A DNA stretch of 64,000 bases from Bacillota bacterium. GTDB taxonomy: Bacteria; Bacillota; Clostridia; Acetivibrionales; DTU013. The stretch covers positions 153,404 to 217,403 of the forward strand of contig JAEYRB010000010.1 in the NCBI GenBank assembly GCA_023409735.1. Reading direction: 5' to 3'. The notes under the pieces are model-generated. The model saw only the letters and a list, made by a program, of their open reading frames with translations, was not told the DNA's origin and searched no databases. Positions 20,770 through 31,110 of this stretch are shown here, piece after piece (within the stretch, counting starts at the first letter, position 1; every line of letters starts with the position of its first letter). A program made the position numbers and the translations under genes.

Positions 20770-21696
20770 CTAAGCATTACCGCTGATCTCCTCAAGTGCT
20801 GTAATAAGCTTATACAATAGCTGATTGACAGGTGTTGCAACTCCATATTGTTGTCCCAGTTCTATTACCGTACCTGCAAATATATCAACCTCTGTTTTCC
20901 TGCCTGCTTCTACGTCTTGCAGCATAGAGGTCTTGCCCAGAGGAGAAATTGCTTCGAGAACAGCTGCATATTGCGCCAAATCGTCTTCTGACAGCCTTAC
21001 CCCTACTCTTTCCGCAATGGCGATGACCTCCCGTGATGCGGCGAACATGAGCTCACGAGCAGCGCCGGGTTTTGTAAATGGACCATAGGGTGCCCGCAAA
21101 ACTGCTGACACCTGGTTAATTCCTACATTCATCATAAATTTCCACCATTGCTCCCGGATTATATCCTCGGGTATGGTATAGGGAATATGCGCTTTATCAA
21201 AGAAGTCCCGAATAGCCTGTACCTTTAAAGAGGCTGCTGAATCCTCCCGGTCGCCAAATACGATTTTTCCAATTTTACTATACTGAATATTAGTCCCAGA
21301 CCGCACTGAATCTGTTGCTACTACAAAGGAATGGAGCATTTTATCCATGCCATATGTATTGCCGATTCGCTCCTCGCTGGAAATACCGTTTAAAAGTGAA
21401 AGTATTATAGTATCAGAACCGATAAGAGTCTTTATATCCGAAATGGCTTGCTCTAAATGGTGCTGCTTGACTGCAACAATAACTAGATCGGCAGTTTCTT
21501 TTATTGACCCCGGATACACATAATCAAAGGAGGTCAATTTCTCGTTAATTTTTATGCCTGACTCGGTATATCTTTTAGCACGCTGGCTATCCACTATTAC
21601 CTTAAGCTGACCGGGACAGTACTCCTGTATCCTTCCAGCATAAGCTCCGCCTACTGCTCCGAGTCCGATCAGATATACACGCTGTATTTGGCTCAT
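20770..21696 (-). CDS. panE: 2-dehydropantoate 2-reductase (ketopantoate reductase family)
   Basis: VYLIGLGAVGGAYAGRI Rossmann N-terminus, ~308 aa, ApbA/PanE-like C-terminal domain (KTSMLQDVEAGRKTEVD). Confidence 0.8.
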   Translation of the reverse strand: MSQIQRVYLIGLGAVGGAYAGRIQEYCPGQLKVIVDSQRAKRYTESGIKINEKLTSFDYVYPGSIKETADLVIVAVKQHHLEQAISDIKTLIGSDTIILSLLNGISSEERIGNTYGMDKMLHSFVVATDSVRSGTNIQYSKIGKIVFGDREDSAASLKVQAIRDFFDKAHIPYTIPEDIIREQWWKFMMNVGINQVSAVLRAPYGPFTKPGAARELMFAASREVIAIAERVGVRLSEDDLAQYAAVLEAISPLGKTSMLQDVEAGRKTEVDIFAGTVIELGQQYGVATPVNQLLYKLITALEEISGNA

Positions 21697-21983
21697 TGAT
21701 ATGATCCTCCTAAAATGCTTGCTGTAGTTTTATATTGAATATTTATTATAAAGTATTATGACATTTTTAGCTTTGAAATTCAATTGCTTATAAATCTGCA
21801 GGCGCGGCAATAGTTAATATAATAAGCCGAAGCCGCCAAATAAGTGAAAGAAGTATAACTGGCAGTAAAACTATATTTAATAGCAACAGTAAAATAAATG
21901 ATTTAATAACCGCAATGGGGGTTATTATAAGAGCATTCAAGCTGTCGTGCGATATTTTCGGTAATGCGAAACGCACATAACAG

Positions 21984-22018
21984 ATTATATCATGAAAACT
22001 ATGTTTTCATGATATAAT
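21984..22018. promoter_or_regulatory. perfect 16-3-16 palindrome (candidate operator) containing an extended -10 box on each strand
   Basis: ATTATATCATGAAAAC-tat-GTTTTCATGATATAAT; each arm reads TGATATAAT outward, toward the CDF gene (+) and panE (-). Confidence 0.6.
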
Positions 22019-22030
22019 TATGGCGAACAA

Positions 22031-22066
22031 TATAAGTAAAGTAAATCATATAAGTAAAGTAAATCA
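22031..22066. repeat. exact 18-bp tandem duplication in the CDF upstream region
   Basis: TATAAGTAAAGTAAATCA x2; GCTATTAATAAA also occurs twice at 22083 and 22101. Confidence 0.8.
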
Positions 22067-22138
22067 TATTAATAAAGAAAATGCTATTAATAAAACAAAC
22101 GCTATTAATAAATAAATGATAAGGATGCGTCTAAAGAT

Positions 22139-23038
22139 ATGAGTCATTCATATGATGTAAACAAAGCAAAAGCTGCAAATGCTGAGGAAAATATATTAAT
22201 TGCCTTTTTCCTCAACTTTGCATTTATTATTATAGAGGTAATCGGCGGACTTTTGACCAACAGCATTGCCATTTTATCCGACGCGATCCATGATTTCGGA
22301 GACTGTACGGCAATCGGTTTTGCATATGCTATGGAAAAGCTATCAAGCAAAAATGCTGATGATTTCTATACCTATGGATATAAGCGCTTTTCGCTGCTCT
22401 CAGCTTTGGTTACAAGCCTGATTCTCGTCGTCGGCGGTGCTGTGGTTGTTTATTCGTCTATAAAGAGGCTTTTTTCACCTCAGGAGGTCAGCGGTCTTGG
22501 TATGCTGATTATTGCAGTAATTGGAGTTGTCGTTAACGGCCTTGCAGTTTTGAAAACCTCTCATGGACATAAGCTGAATGAGAAGGTTATCAGCCTTCAC
22601 ATGCTCGAGGATGTATTAGGCTGGGCTGTGGTGCTTGTGGGAAGCATTTTCATATGGCTATTTGGACTTCATATTGTTGATCCGATACTTTCAATAGGCA
22701 TTAGCTTTTTTATACTGATCCAGGCGCTAAGAAATATGAGACGAGCATTTCAGACGCTTCTGGAAAGGGCTCCGGTACACTTTGATATGGCTGCATATAA
22801 AGGTGAGCTTTTGAAAATCCAAAATGTAAGTGATGTCCACCATGTACATGTTTGGGAGTTGGACGACGAAAACCTTTTGGCTACGCTTCATGTTGTAGTG
22901 CCGGATAATCTTATGACTGATGATATAAAGAGGCTCAAACAATCAATCAAGGAAGAAAGCGCTAAATATAACATAGGACATCTAACGATTCAGGTCGATT
23001 TCGCGTCTGAAGATGACAATTGTAAATCGTGCGTATAG
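22139..23038 (+). CDS. cation diffusion facilitator family metal exporter (CzcD/ZitB-like)
   Basis: Six TM segments with SDAIHDFGD and HMLEDVLGW metal-site motifs, plus a C-terminal cytoplasmic domain. Confidence 0.85.
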   Translation: MSHSYDVNKAKAANAEENILIAFFLNFAFIIIEVIGGLLTNSIAILSDAIHDFGDCTAIGFAYAMEKLSSKNADDFYTYGYKRFSLLSALVTSLILVVGGAVVVYSSIKRLFSPQEVSGLGMLIIAVIGVVVNGLAVLKTSHGHKLNEKVISLHMLEDVLGWAVVLVGSIFIWLFGLHIVDPILSIGISFFILIQALRNMRRAFQTLLERAPVHFDMAAYKGELLKIQNVSDVHHVHVWELDDENLLATLHVVVPDNLMTDDIKRLKQSIKEESAKYNIGHLTIQVDFASEDDNCKSCV

Positions 23039-23363
23039 ATTCATGAAAACTATTAATAGCAGCCAAACCATCACATATTGCCTGTAAAGTTGAAAGTCAC
23101 ATTTCTGAGCAAAATTTCAGCTTTGGTGTAACCATTATCCTTTATTTAAGTCAAGCTGCTTTACCAATTTGGCAATGTTTTGGCTGACAACTCTTTCTTA
23201 ATTCATTATATAATAAAATGCAAATTAAAACGATTGACATTATAGGCACTTCGGTAGTATCATAAGCAATGGTTAGCTAATTAATGATTATGAAGCTGAT
23301 AATAAACAGGCTAATTATAAATAACACATTAATAATGAATAGCTTATGGAGAAAGGAGTTCAC

Positions 23364-23837
23364 ATGAGAAAAATTTGTGACAGCAGTAATCGTGAAAGGG
23401 ACATGATTTTTATGCTGGTCAGCTTCGCCATAAAGCACAGGAAGGTTATGCAGAATCTCCTGGACAAGACGGGTGTATATCAGGCGCAATATTACCTTTT
23501 AATGGTGATTTCCTGTAATCAGTATGCCTCGCAGAAGGAGCTTGCAGATTCATTGGAAATATCTACAGCAACTGTCGCTGTATCCCTAAAAAAACTCGAA
23601 ACCGGCGGTTATATCAAAAAGGTAATGGATGAGAATGATAACCGGCTAAATAAGATCGTCATCACTGAAAAGGGAAACAAGGTGGTAGAGGAAAGCAGGA
23701 AAATCTTTAAATTACGAGATGAGAGAATTTTTCGTGGATTTACGGATAATGAAATGGATACTTTGAGCGAAATGGTACAAAAGCTAAACCAAAATCTCGC
23801 AAGCATGGAGGAGGACATAAAAGCAGAAAAGCAATAG
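23364..23837 (+). CDS. MarR-family transcriptional regulator
   Basis: Winged HTH QKELADSLEISTATVAVSLKKLETGGYIKKVMDENDNRLNKIVITEKG; AAAGGAG 5 nt before ATG 23364. Confidence 0.8.
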   Translation: MRKICDSSNRERDMIFMLVSFAIKHRKVMQNLLDKTGVYQAQYYLLMVISCNQYASQKELADSLEISTATVAVSLKKLETGGYIKKVMDENDNRLNKIVITEKGNKVVEESRKIFKLRDERIFRGFTDNEMDTLSEMVQKLNQNLASMEEDIKAEKQ

Positions 23838-24033
23838 CTTTAATTATAAAGTAATTAAGGGCAGAAGGAGATAAGTAGTATTTCTGTAGTACAGGGAGGC
23901 TAAAGCTATTTATATAAAGTAAATAAGCAGCGGCTCCTGCAATTACGGAAGCTCAAAACAGTGATTTTTATAAACAAACTATAGTATCAATTTTTATTAT
24001 TGAAGAAACAGATGGGGATGTGAAAGAAAAGGT

Positions 24034-25770
24034 ATGAAAAAGTATTGGAAATATATCAGGCCATATTTACCGGCGTTCATAATAGGACCGATCCTTATGA
24101 TCGTTGAAGTTATTGGCGAAGTTATAATGCCTCTGCTTCTAAGTCGCATTATAGATTATGGTGTAAATGAAAGCAGGGGAGTTTCATATATAATTATGAT
24201 GGGAGCCTCGATGGTAGCTACGGCGCTGTTGATGATGGCAGGCGGTACAGGAGGAGCTTATTTTGCAATAAAGGCTTCCTCGGGCTTTGCAAATGACCTG
24301 CGTAAAGATATGTTTGGTAAAATTCAGGAGTTTTCATTTGCCAACCTTGATCAATATAGCACAGGGTCCCTTGTTACAAGACTGACAAATGATATTACAA
24401 CTGTACAGAATATGATCCAGATGCTTATGAGAATGGCGCTGAGAGCTCCGGGAATGCTGATAGGTGCGCTTATTATGGCATTTTCATTAAATTTGAGGCT
24501 GGCACTGGTCATAGCATGTGTTATCCCGTTATTGTCAGTTGCGATTTTTTTCATTATAAAAACAGGCTTTCCTCGGTTCACTGCCATGCAAAAGAAGGTG
24601 GATGCTCTCAATACTGCTACTCAGGAGAATCTGACAAATATAAGGGTTGTGAAATCCTTTGTTAGGGAGGATCACGAAGAGAAGAAATTCGGAAATGCCA
24701 ATAAGGAGTTAAAAGAAAAGACAATTCAAGCCATTAAGGTAGTTATTTTTACATTTCCGGTCATTATGCTGGCAACGAATATTACAACGGTAGCTGTAGT
24801 ATGGTTCGGAGGCAATCAAGTCATTGCCGGGAGCATGACAGCCGGTGTTCTCAATGCCTTTGTCAACTATGTTGCTCAGATCCTGATATCACTGATGATG
24901 GTATCAATGATCATACTTAACAGCGCAAGAACACTTGCATCCGTTAAGCGTATCAATGAAGTCCTTAACACCAATATTGACCTTTCCGATGATAATGCCG
25001 AAAAAAAGGACGCTGTTGTTACAAGCGGCAAAATCGAATTCAGGGATGTCTGCTTCAAATATTATAAAAACAATGAGAAATGGGTGCTGGAGAATATCAA
25101 CCTTACTATCATGCCGGGTGAGACTGTAGGCATCATAGGGTCAACAGGCTGTGGAAAATCAAGCCTTGTTCAGATGATCCCGCGTCTATACGACGCAGAT
25201 GTTGGAGAAGTATTAGTGGATGATATAAATGTTAAGGACTACTCACTAAGAAACCTTCGTGAAGGTGTAGGCATAGTACTACAGAAGAACATTCTATTCT
25301 CAGGGACCATAAAGGAAAATCTTAAATGGGGTAATGAGAATGCTGATGATGAGACGGTCACAAAATACGCTGAATTTGCACAGGCGAACGGATTTGTCAC
25401 ATCCTTTAAGGAAGGTTATGATACTGAGCTTGGCCAGGGAGGAACGAATGTTTCGGGCGGTCAGAAGCAGAGGTTATGTATTGCCCGAGCAATGCTTAAG
25501 GAGCCTAAAATACTTATTCTTGATGACAGTACAAGTGCAGTTGATACGGCTACAGAGGCAAGGATCAGGGAAAGCTTTACAAAGGGACTGAAGGATACAA
25601 CTAAGCTTATTATTGCACAAAGGATCTCATCGGTAATTGATGCTGACAAGATAGTGGTCATAGATGACGGAAGGATTACCGGTATTGGCTCGCACGCTGA
25701 ACTTATGCAGGACTGCGAAGCATACAAAGAGATTTATTATTCGCAGATGGATAAGGAGGTGACTGCGTAA
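24034..25770 (+). CDS. ABC exporter, fused permease/ATPase (half of a heterodimeric pair)
   Basis: Six-TM domain plus Walker A GSTGCGKSS, signature VSGGQKQR and Walker B ILILDDSTSAVD. Confidence 0.9.
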   Translation: MKKYWKYIRPYLPAFIIGPILMIVEVIGEVIMPLLLSRIIDYGVNESRGVSYIIMMGASMVATALLMMAGGTGGAYFAIKASSGFANDLRKDMFGKIQEFSFANLDQYSTGSLVTRLTNDITTVQNMIQMLMRMALRAPGMLIGALIMAFSLNLRLALVIACVIPLLSVAIFFIIKTGFPRFTAMQKKVDALNTATQENLTNIRVVKSFVREDHEEKKFGNANKELKEKTIQAIKVVIFTFPVIMLATNITTVAVVWFGGNQVIAGSMTAGVLNAFVNYVAQILISLMMVSMIILNSARTLASVKRINEVLNTNIDLSDDNAEKKDAVVTSGKIEFRDVCFKYYKNNEKWVLENINLTIMPGETVGIIGSTGCGKSSLVQMIPRLYDADVGEVLVDDINVKDYSLRNLREGVGIVLQKNILFSGTIKENLKWGNENADDETVTKYAEFAQANGFVTSFKEGYDTELGQGGTNVSGGQKQRLCIARAMLKEPKILILDDSTSAVDTATEARIRESFTKGLKDTTKLIIAQRISSVIDADKIVVIDDGRITGIGSHAELMQDCEAYKEIYYSQMDKEVTA

Positions 25771-27698
25771 TGAGTAATATCAGTGAGAAAAGAAAAGAAG
25801 AGCTGCTGCGTAAGTATGGCAGTAATTCATCAAGCATGGCAGGGAAAGGCGGCTTTGGCCCGGGTGGAGGACGAAAAGGCCCAGGTGGCCCAAGAGGCGG
25901 CTTTGGCGGAGGCAAACCGAAGAATGCTTCTGCTGCTATAGGAAGATTGCTTTCATATTTAGGAAAAGACAAGCTAAAGCTGCCCTTTGCATTTGCGTGT
26001 GTGCTGATAAGCTCTATTTCAGCGCTTGGCGGCAGTTACATACTACGTCCTGTTATAAATAATCTTGTTGATGTAAATAAGTCAGCTGAGGAAAAGGTGA
26101 ACAGCCTACTGACAGGAATCATGACTATGATAGGCATCTATCTTTTAAGTGTAGTGTTTTCCTATGCGCAGCAGAGAATAATGGTCCAGATATCACAAAA
26201 TGCACTTGTAAAAATCAGAAAGGATTTATTCAGCAAAATACAGAAGCTGCCTGTAAAATATCATGATACACATACGCATGGGGAGATAATGAGCCGCTTT
26301 ACAAATGACCTTGAGTCTGTGGGAGAAATGTTCAATAATACATTGCCGCAGGTGTTCTCAGGTGTTATTACGCTTATTGGAACTGTGACGCTGATGTTTG
26401 TGACAAATTGGATACTTGCGGTTGTTACTATTGCTACGATGCCTCTTTTGTTTCTTGCGGGCGGTGCGATAGGAAAAAAGAGCAGAAAGTATTATAAAGG
26501 GCAGCAGCAGGCACTCGGTGCTGTAAATGGATACATTGAAGAATCCATTACCGGTCAGAAGGTTATTAAGGTATTCTGCCATGAGGATACAGCTGTTGAT
26601 GAATTCGGAGTATTGAGCGATGACCTGAGAAGCAAGCAGATCAAGGCACAGTTTTTTGGTGGCATAATGGGCCCTGTTATGGGAAATCTGAGTCAGGTAA
26701 GCTATGCATTATCAGCAACTGTAGGCGGTATTCTGTGTCTGACATCAAATTTTGATATTGGTGGCCTGACCGTATTTACAAACTATTCAAGACAGTTTTC
26801 AAGGCCTATCAGTGAGCTGTCAATGCAGGTAAATGTTATTTTTGCAGCGCTGGCCGGAGCAGAAAGAGTTTTCGAGGTAATGGACGAGGAGCCTGAGACT
26901 GAAGATCCTCGGGATGCAATTAACATATGCTCGGAAGCAGAGCCTGCATCAGGAGCAAGGCCAATCAGAGGCAAGGTCGAATTGAATAATGTTACCTTTG
27001 GATATGTTCCTGACAAAATGGTCCTGAAGAATTTGTTTGTAACTGCAGAGCCTGGTGAAAAAATCGCTTTCGTGGGTTCCACTGGTGCCGGTAAGACGAC
27101 TATTACTAACCTTATAAACAGATTTTATGATATTGAGCAGGGTACAATAACAATTGATGGTGTTAATATTAAAGATATTTCGAAGAACTCCTTAAGAGGA
27201 AATATAGCAATGGTTCTGCAGGATACACATTTATTCTCCGGAACTGTAAGGGAAAATATAAGATACGGCCGTCTTGATGCAACTGATGAAGAGGTTATAG
27301 CTGCTGCAAAGATCGCAAGTGCTCACTCATTTATAGAGAGGCTTTCTGATGGATATGATACAATACTGGAGGGAGATGGAGCCAATCTGAGTCAGGGGCA
27401 GCGCCAGCTTTTGAATATAGCCAGAGCAGCAATCTCCAGAGCGCCTATTCTTATACTTGATGAAGCCACCAGTTCAGTCGATACAAGAACTGAAAAGCAT
27501 ATTGAACATGGTATGGACCGCCTGATGAAGAACAGGACTACATTTGTTATTGCCCATAGATTATCAACCGTTAGGGATTCCGACCTCATCATAGTGCTTG
27601 AGCATGGCGAGATTGTGGAGCGCGGTACCCATGATGAGCTTCTTGCCATGAAGGGCAGGTACTATCAGCTTTATACAGGTGCAGTCGAGCTGGACTAA
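25770..27698 (+). CDS. ABC exporter, fused permease/ATPase (second half), with a Gly-rich N-terminal extension
   Basis: ATG overlaps the upstream stop; GKGGFGPGGGRKGPGGPRGGFGGGKPK tail, then TMD, GSTGAGKTT, LSQGQRQL and ILILDEATSSVD. Confidence 0.9.
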   Translation: MSNISEKRKEELLRKYGSNSSSMAGKGGFGPGGGRKGPGGPRGGFGGGKPKNASAAIGRLLSYLGKDKLKLPFAFACVLISSISALGGSYILRPVINNLVDVNKSAEEKVNSLLTGIMTMIGIYLLSVVFSYAQQRIMVQISQNALVKIRKDLFSKIQKLPVKYHDTHTHGEIMSRFTNDLESVGEMFNNTLPQVFSGVITLIGTVTLMFVTNWILAVVTIATMPLLFLAGGAIGKKSRKYYKGQQQALGAVNGYIEESITGQKVIKVFCHEDTAVDEFGVLSDDLRSKQIKAQFFGGIMGPVMGNLSQVSYALSATVGGILCLTSNFDIGGLTVFTNYSRQFSRPISELSMQVNVIFAALAGAERVFEVMDEEPETEDPRDAINICSEAEPASGARPIRGKVELNNVTFGYVPDKMVLKNLFVTAEPGEKIAFVGSTGAGKTTITNLINRFYDIEQGTITIDGVNIKDISKNSLRGNIAMVLQDTHLFSGTVRENIRYGRLDATDEEVIAAAKIASAHSFIERLSDGYDTILEGDGANLSQGQRQLLNIARAAISRAPILILDEATSSVDTRTEKHIEHGMDRLMKNRTTFVIAHRLSTVRDSDLIIVLEHGEIVERGTHDELLAMKGRYYQLYTGAVELD

Positions 27699-27928
27699 GG
27701 TGAAAAAGGCAGTAGAGTAAAACCAGCTGGATCAAGATACGCGAAAGGGCATGAGAGCGTGATGTTTTACGTTATTGATAGTGGGAGTACTTTGAAGATC
27801 AAGTAGGTACTATCAGCTTTATATAGGTGCTGTCGAGCTGGACTAAGGTGAAAAAGACAGTAGAGTAAAACCAGCTGGATCAAGATACGCGAAAGGCAGG
27901 AGAGCGTAATGTTTTACGTTATTGATAA
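27657..27928 (+). repeat. 148-bp-period tandem duplication of the ABC-3'end / corA-5'start junction
   Basis: 27657-27780 and 27805-27928 are near-identical (AGGTACTATCAGCTTTATA(C/T)AGGTGC...GTTTTACGTTATTGATA); copy 1 leaves a 14-codon corA-start remnant, MFYVIDSGSTLKIK*, at 27762-27806. Confidence 0.9.
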
Positions 27929-28844
27929 TGAGGATATCAGTGAGGTCAAGCTGGAGAAAATCAGCCCTGATCAGATCAGTGTGGGGTATATGACTCTGGA
28001 TGAACTGAAGCAGAAGTATTCTCAGCTTAAAATAAGCCGAAGCGTCATTGATGACTGTGAAGCCTATGATTCTCAGCTTCGTACAAGCTTAGATGTATAC
28101 GACAATTACACCTTTGGAATCATAAATGTGGTTCGCCTTGAAAATGTGATGAAGGAACGGGATAAGGTAGCCTTTATCATCAAAAAAAATCAGTTTATCC
28201 TCATAAAAATTCAGGATACCGATAACAGCACCATGGACGTATTTCGTGGTGCTGTTGGAAGATTTAAGCAAAATGCTACGCTTGAAAAGGTGATATACGG
28301 TATCATGGAAAGGCTTCTTGCTAACGGTAACAAGGTACTGGAGATTTATGAGCTGCGCGTGATGCAAATGGAAAGGGAGGTTGTTGCAGGAAAGCTTAAT
28401 CGAAAGCTTAATGCAGAGATCTACAACCTTCGAAACCGTTTGTCTGTAATGAGGAACTATTATGAGCAGCTGGTGGACATAGGTGAAGCGCTGCAGGAAA
28501 ATGAAAATGGGCTCTTTGTAGAAGACGAATTGAAATATTTCAAAATATATACAGATAAGGCTGGGCGGCTGAGCGACAACACGCAAGCCCTTAGCGAAAG
28601 CCTTATTCATCTGAGAGAGGCAATAGACGCATCGCTGAACTACAGTATGAACAGGACAATGAAGCTGTTTACGGTTGTTTCTGTTATATTTCTTCCGCTG
28701 TCACTAATAGTTGGCTGGTATGGAATGAATTTTGCCTACATGCCTGAGCTTAAGTGGAAATTTGGCTATCCGGCCGTTATTATTTTGTGCGTAGTGGTTA
28801 CAGCAGTATGCTTGTTTTATTTCAGAAAAAAGAAATGGCTATAG
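27909..28844 (+). CDS. corA: CorA-family magnesium/cobalt transporter
   Basis: C-terminal two TM segments with the GWYGMNF (GMN) motif. Confidence 0.85.
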   Translation: MFYVIDNEDISEVKLEKISPDQISVGYMTLDELKQKYSQLKISRSVIDDCEAYDSQLRTSLDVYDNYTFGIINVVRLENVMKERDKVAFIIKKNQFILIKIQDTDNSTMDVFRGAVGRFKQNATLEKVIYGIMERLLANGNKVLEIYELRVMQMEREVVAGKLNRKLNAEIYNLRNRLSVMRNYYEQLVDIGEALQENENGLFVEDELKYFKIYTDKAGRLSDNTQALSESLIHLREAIDASLNYSMNRTMKLFTVVSVIFLPLSLIVGWYGMNFAYMPELKWKFGYPAVIILCVVVTAVCLFYFRKKKWL

Positions 28845-28866
28845 GATACTGCAGTAGAAGACAGTA

Positions 28867-28893
28867 AAGGCAGCTAAATTGTTTAGCTGCCTT
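28867..28893 (+). terminator. terminator hairpin after corA
   Basis: AAGGCAGCTAAA-ttg-TTTAGCTGCCTT (12-bp perfect stem); weak U-tract. Confidence 0.6.
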
Positions 28894-29027
28894 AGTTGTA
28901 TATATGGAGCTGTTCATGACCATAAGTAAAGTATAATCTGTCACAATTGCAGATACCATGCTTTTTCCTGAGTCACAGGATGGTATGAGCTACTGTTGAC
29001 TTAGGCACATAAATTGCCTTAGCAGCT

Positions 29028-30026
29028 TTAATTGCATACCCCGCGCTTTTTTATGAGCCACAGGACGGTATCGGCAACCGTGTCCTTCAGATCACGCGGC
29101 GTGAATCCGAGCTTCAATGTAGCCTTGTCATGTGAGAAGATACTGTTGCTTTCAAGTGCTCTGAGTGCGTATCGTGTGTATAATGGTCGTTTGTGTAATA
29201 ACTTTCCCGCATACTCTATCAGCGGAGCAGCAGACTTTGCCAGCCAAAGCGGGATACATGGCTTTTTATATCCATGGACGACAAGACGGATGTATTTGAA
29301 TAAATCTTTAACTGTACAATACCGATTTGAAAGTATATAGCATTCACCTGCAGTACCCTTGTCGGCAGCGAGAATACAGCCCTTTGCCACATCACGCACA
29401 TCTACGAAATCATACCCTCCATTAACGCCTGCAGGAAGCTTGCCGGTTATATAGTCAGCAATCATCTGTACCATATGGTTCCTACCATTGTCGAAGGGCC
29501 CAATAATGCCCGAAGGGTGTACAATTACTGCATCAAGGCCTGCCTTAACTGCATTGATGACCGCCTCCGATGCCTCTGCCTTTGTTTTGGCGTAAGCACC
29601 TACAACTGTATCGGGAGAAAAGCTGCCTACCTCTGTAATCGTCGCCATGTCCGGTGCTTCTGGAATTGCGTGCACTGAGCTTACATAAACAAGACGAGTG
29701 ACATGGTGCTTCATACTCTTTGCTATGATATTCTTTGTTCCATTCACGTTGACGGTGTATAACTGCGGCGATACATTATTTGCCATACTGATAAGTCCGG
29801 CTGTATGGATCACTATTACCGAGTAGCCCCCTGTGCGGCTGAAGATAGGCTCCAGAGTATCAAGCTTTGTAACATCTCCTCTATAGTAGGTTATGTTTCC
29901 ACCATCAGATGCTTCTTCTGAGGGCAGGATAAGTCCTCTCACAAGACAATCAAGCCTTGATAAATAACGAATAATTGTGCTTCCCAAATGCCCGGCAGCA
30001 CCTGTAACAATATAGAGCTTTTTCAT
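29028..30026 (-). CDS. NAD-dependent epimerase/dehydratase family (extended SDR) protein
   Basis: TGAAGHLGS Rossmann motif and YAKTK (YxxxK) catalytic motif. Confidence 0.8.
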   Translation of the reverse strand: MKKLYIVTGAAGHLGSTIIRYLSRLDCLVRGLILPSEEASDGGNITYYRGDVTKLDTLEPIFSRTGGYSVIVIHTAGLISMANNVSPQLYTVNVNGTKNIIAKSMKHHVTRLVYVSSVHAIPEAPDMATITEVGSFSPDTVVGAYAKTKAEASEAVINAVKAGLDAVIVHPSGIIGPFDNGRNHMVQMIADYITGKLPAGVNGGYDFVDVRDVAKGCILAADKGTAGECYILSNRYCTVKDLFKYIRLVVHGYKKPCIPLWLAKSAAPLIEYAGKLLHKRPLYTRYALRALESNSIFSHDKATLKLGFTPRDLKDTVADTVLWLIKKRGVCN

Positions 30027-30071
30027 AAACAGCAGCCTCCCTGACTGATCCTCCTGACTGTACTACCTTGG

Positions 30072-30197
30072 CCGTGCCACCTTAGCCGTGCAAGCTAAAC
30101 CGTGCCACCCTAGCCGTGCCACCTTAGCCGTGCCACCTTAGCCGTGCCACCTTCGCCGTACCACCTTAGCCGTGCCACCTTAGCCGTGCCACCCTAG
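30072..30197. repeat. 14-nt tandem repeat x9 (CCGTGCCACCTTAG) in the SDR/TetR divergent intergenic region
   Basis: Nine head-to-tail units counted from 30072 to 30197, four of them identical to the consensus CCGTGCCACCTTAG, plus a partial tenth (CCGAT). Confidence 0.95.
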
Positions 30198-30345
30198 CCG
30201 ATCATTCTTGACTAGTGCACCTGATTTTATTATAATGACACTGTGTTGGCTTTACAACCATCAGATGATTTAATGACGATGTGTTTGAAACATTTCAGCT
30301 ATAAATGTTGGATTTGCAACATCCTCGGGAGGTGCTGTTATTTAT

Positions 30346-30915
30346 ATGGAAAAAGAAAATCAAAGAGTTAGGCTTACCAAGCTACTTCTGAAGGATAAGC
30401 TAAAAGAGCTGCTTACCAAAAAGCCAATAAACCGTGTGACAGTGAAGGAAATTTGTCAGGTTGCAGAAATTAACCGATCGACCTTTTATCAGCACTATTC
30501 TGACCAATATGCGTTACTGGACGATATTGAGTCGGATATTATCAAGCAGACAGACGAGTTTATAGACAAAATAAACCCTGAACAAAGCGGAAGGCAATAT
30601 CTCATATACCTGTTGTCATATATCAGAGAAAACGGCAGTATTTTATCTATCCTTCTTAGTCCCCAGTCAAGCATGACCTTTCAGCCGCGCTTTATGGCTT
30701 CGGTACTAAAAAGGATTAGTGCAAAAATTGAACCTGTGTTTTTTTCTTCGGAGCTCTTTCCGTATTTTTCACAATTCCTTATCATGGGGAACATTAGTGT
30801 AATTGAGCAGTGGATTAAGAATGATTTTTACCTGCTGGATGAAGAGGTCGCGGACATGATTTATCGGCTTTCCGACAGCGCAATGAAGATGTTCATCAGC
30901 ATGAATAAGAAATAA
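30346..30915 (+). CDS. TetR/AcrR-family transcriptional regulator
   Basis: N-terminal HTH VTVKEICQVAEINRSTFYQHY. Confidence 0.75.
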   Translation: MEKENQRVRLTKLLLKDKLKELLTKKPINRVTVKEICQVAEINRSTFYQHYSDQYALLDDIESDIIKQTDEFIDKINPEQSGRQYLIYLLSYIRENGSILSILLSPQSSMTFQPRFMASVLKRISAKIEPVFFSSELFPYFSQFLIMGNISVIEQWIKNDFYLLDEEVADMIYRLSDSAMKMFISMNKK

Positions 30916-31110
30916 GGTGGAACATTTCACCCCATGAATAAATTGTAGCACCTTATTTTAAACTCTGTTAGACTATATTGTTGTTTTTATGCTATGAAAA
31001 AATGGTGCTTTTCGTAATCGGATTTGCACCATTTATAAATATTATGACATGCGTATAAACAATTACTAAAGGTAGAGCTCATAATCTCTTCAACAAATTG
31101 ATTTATTTCA

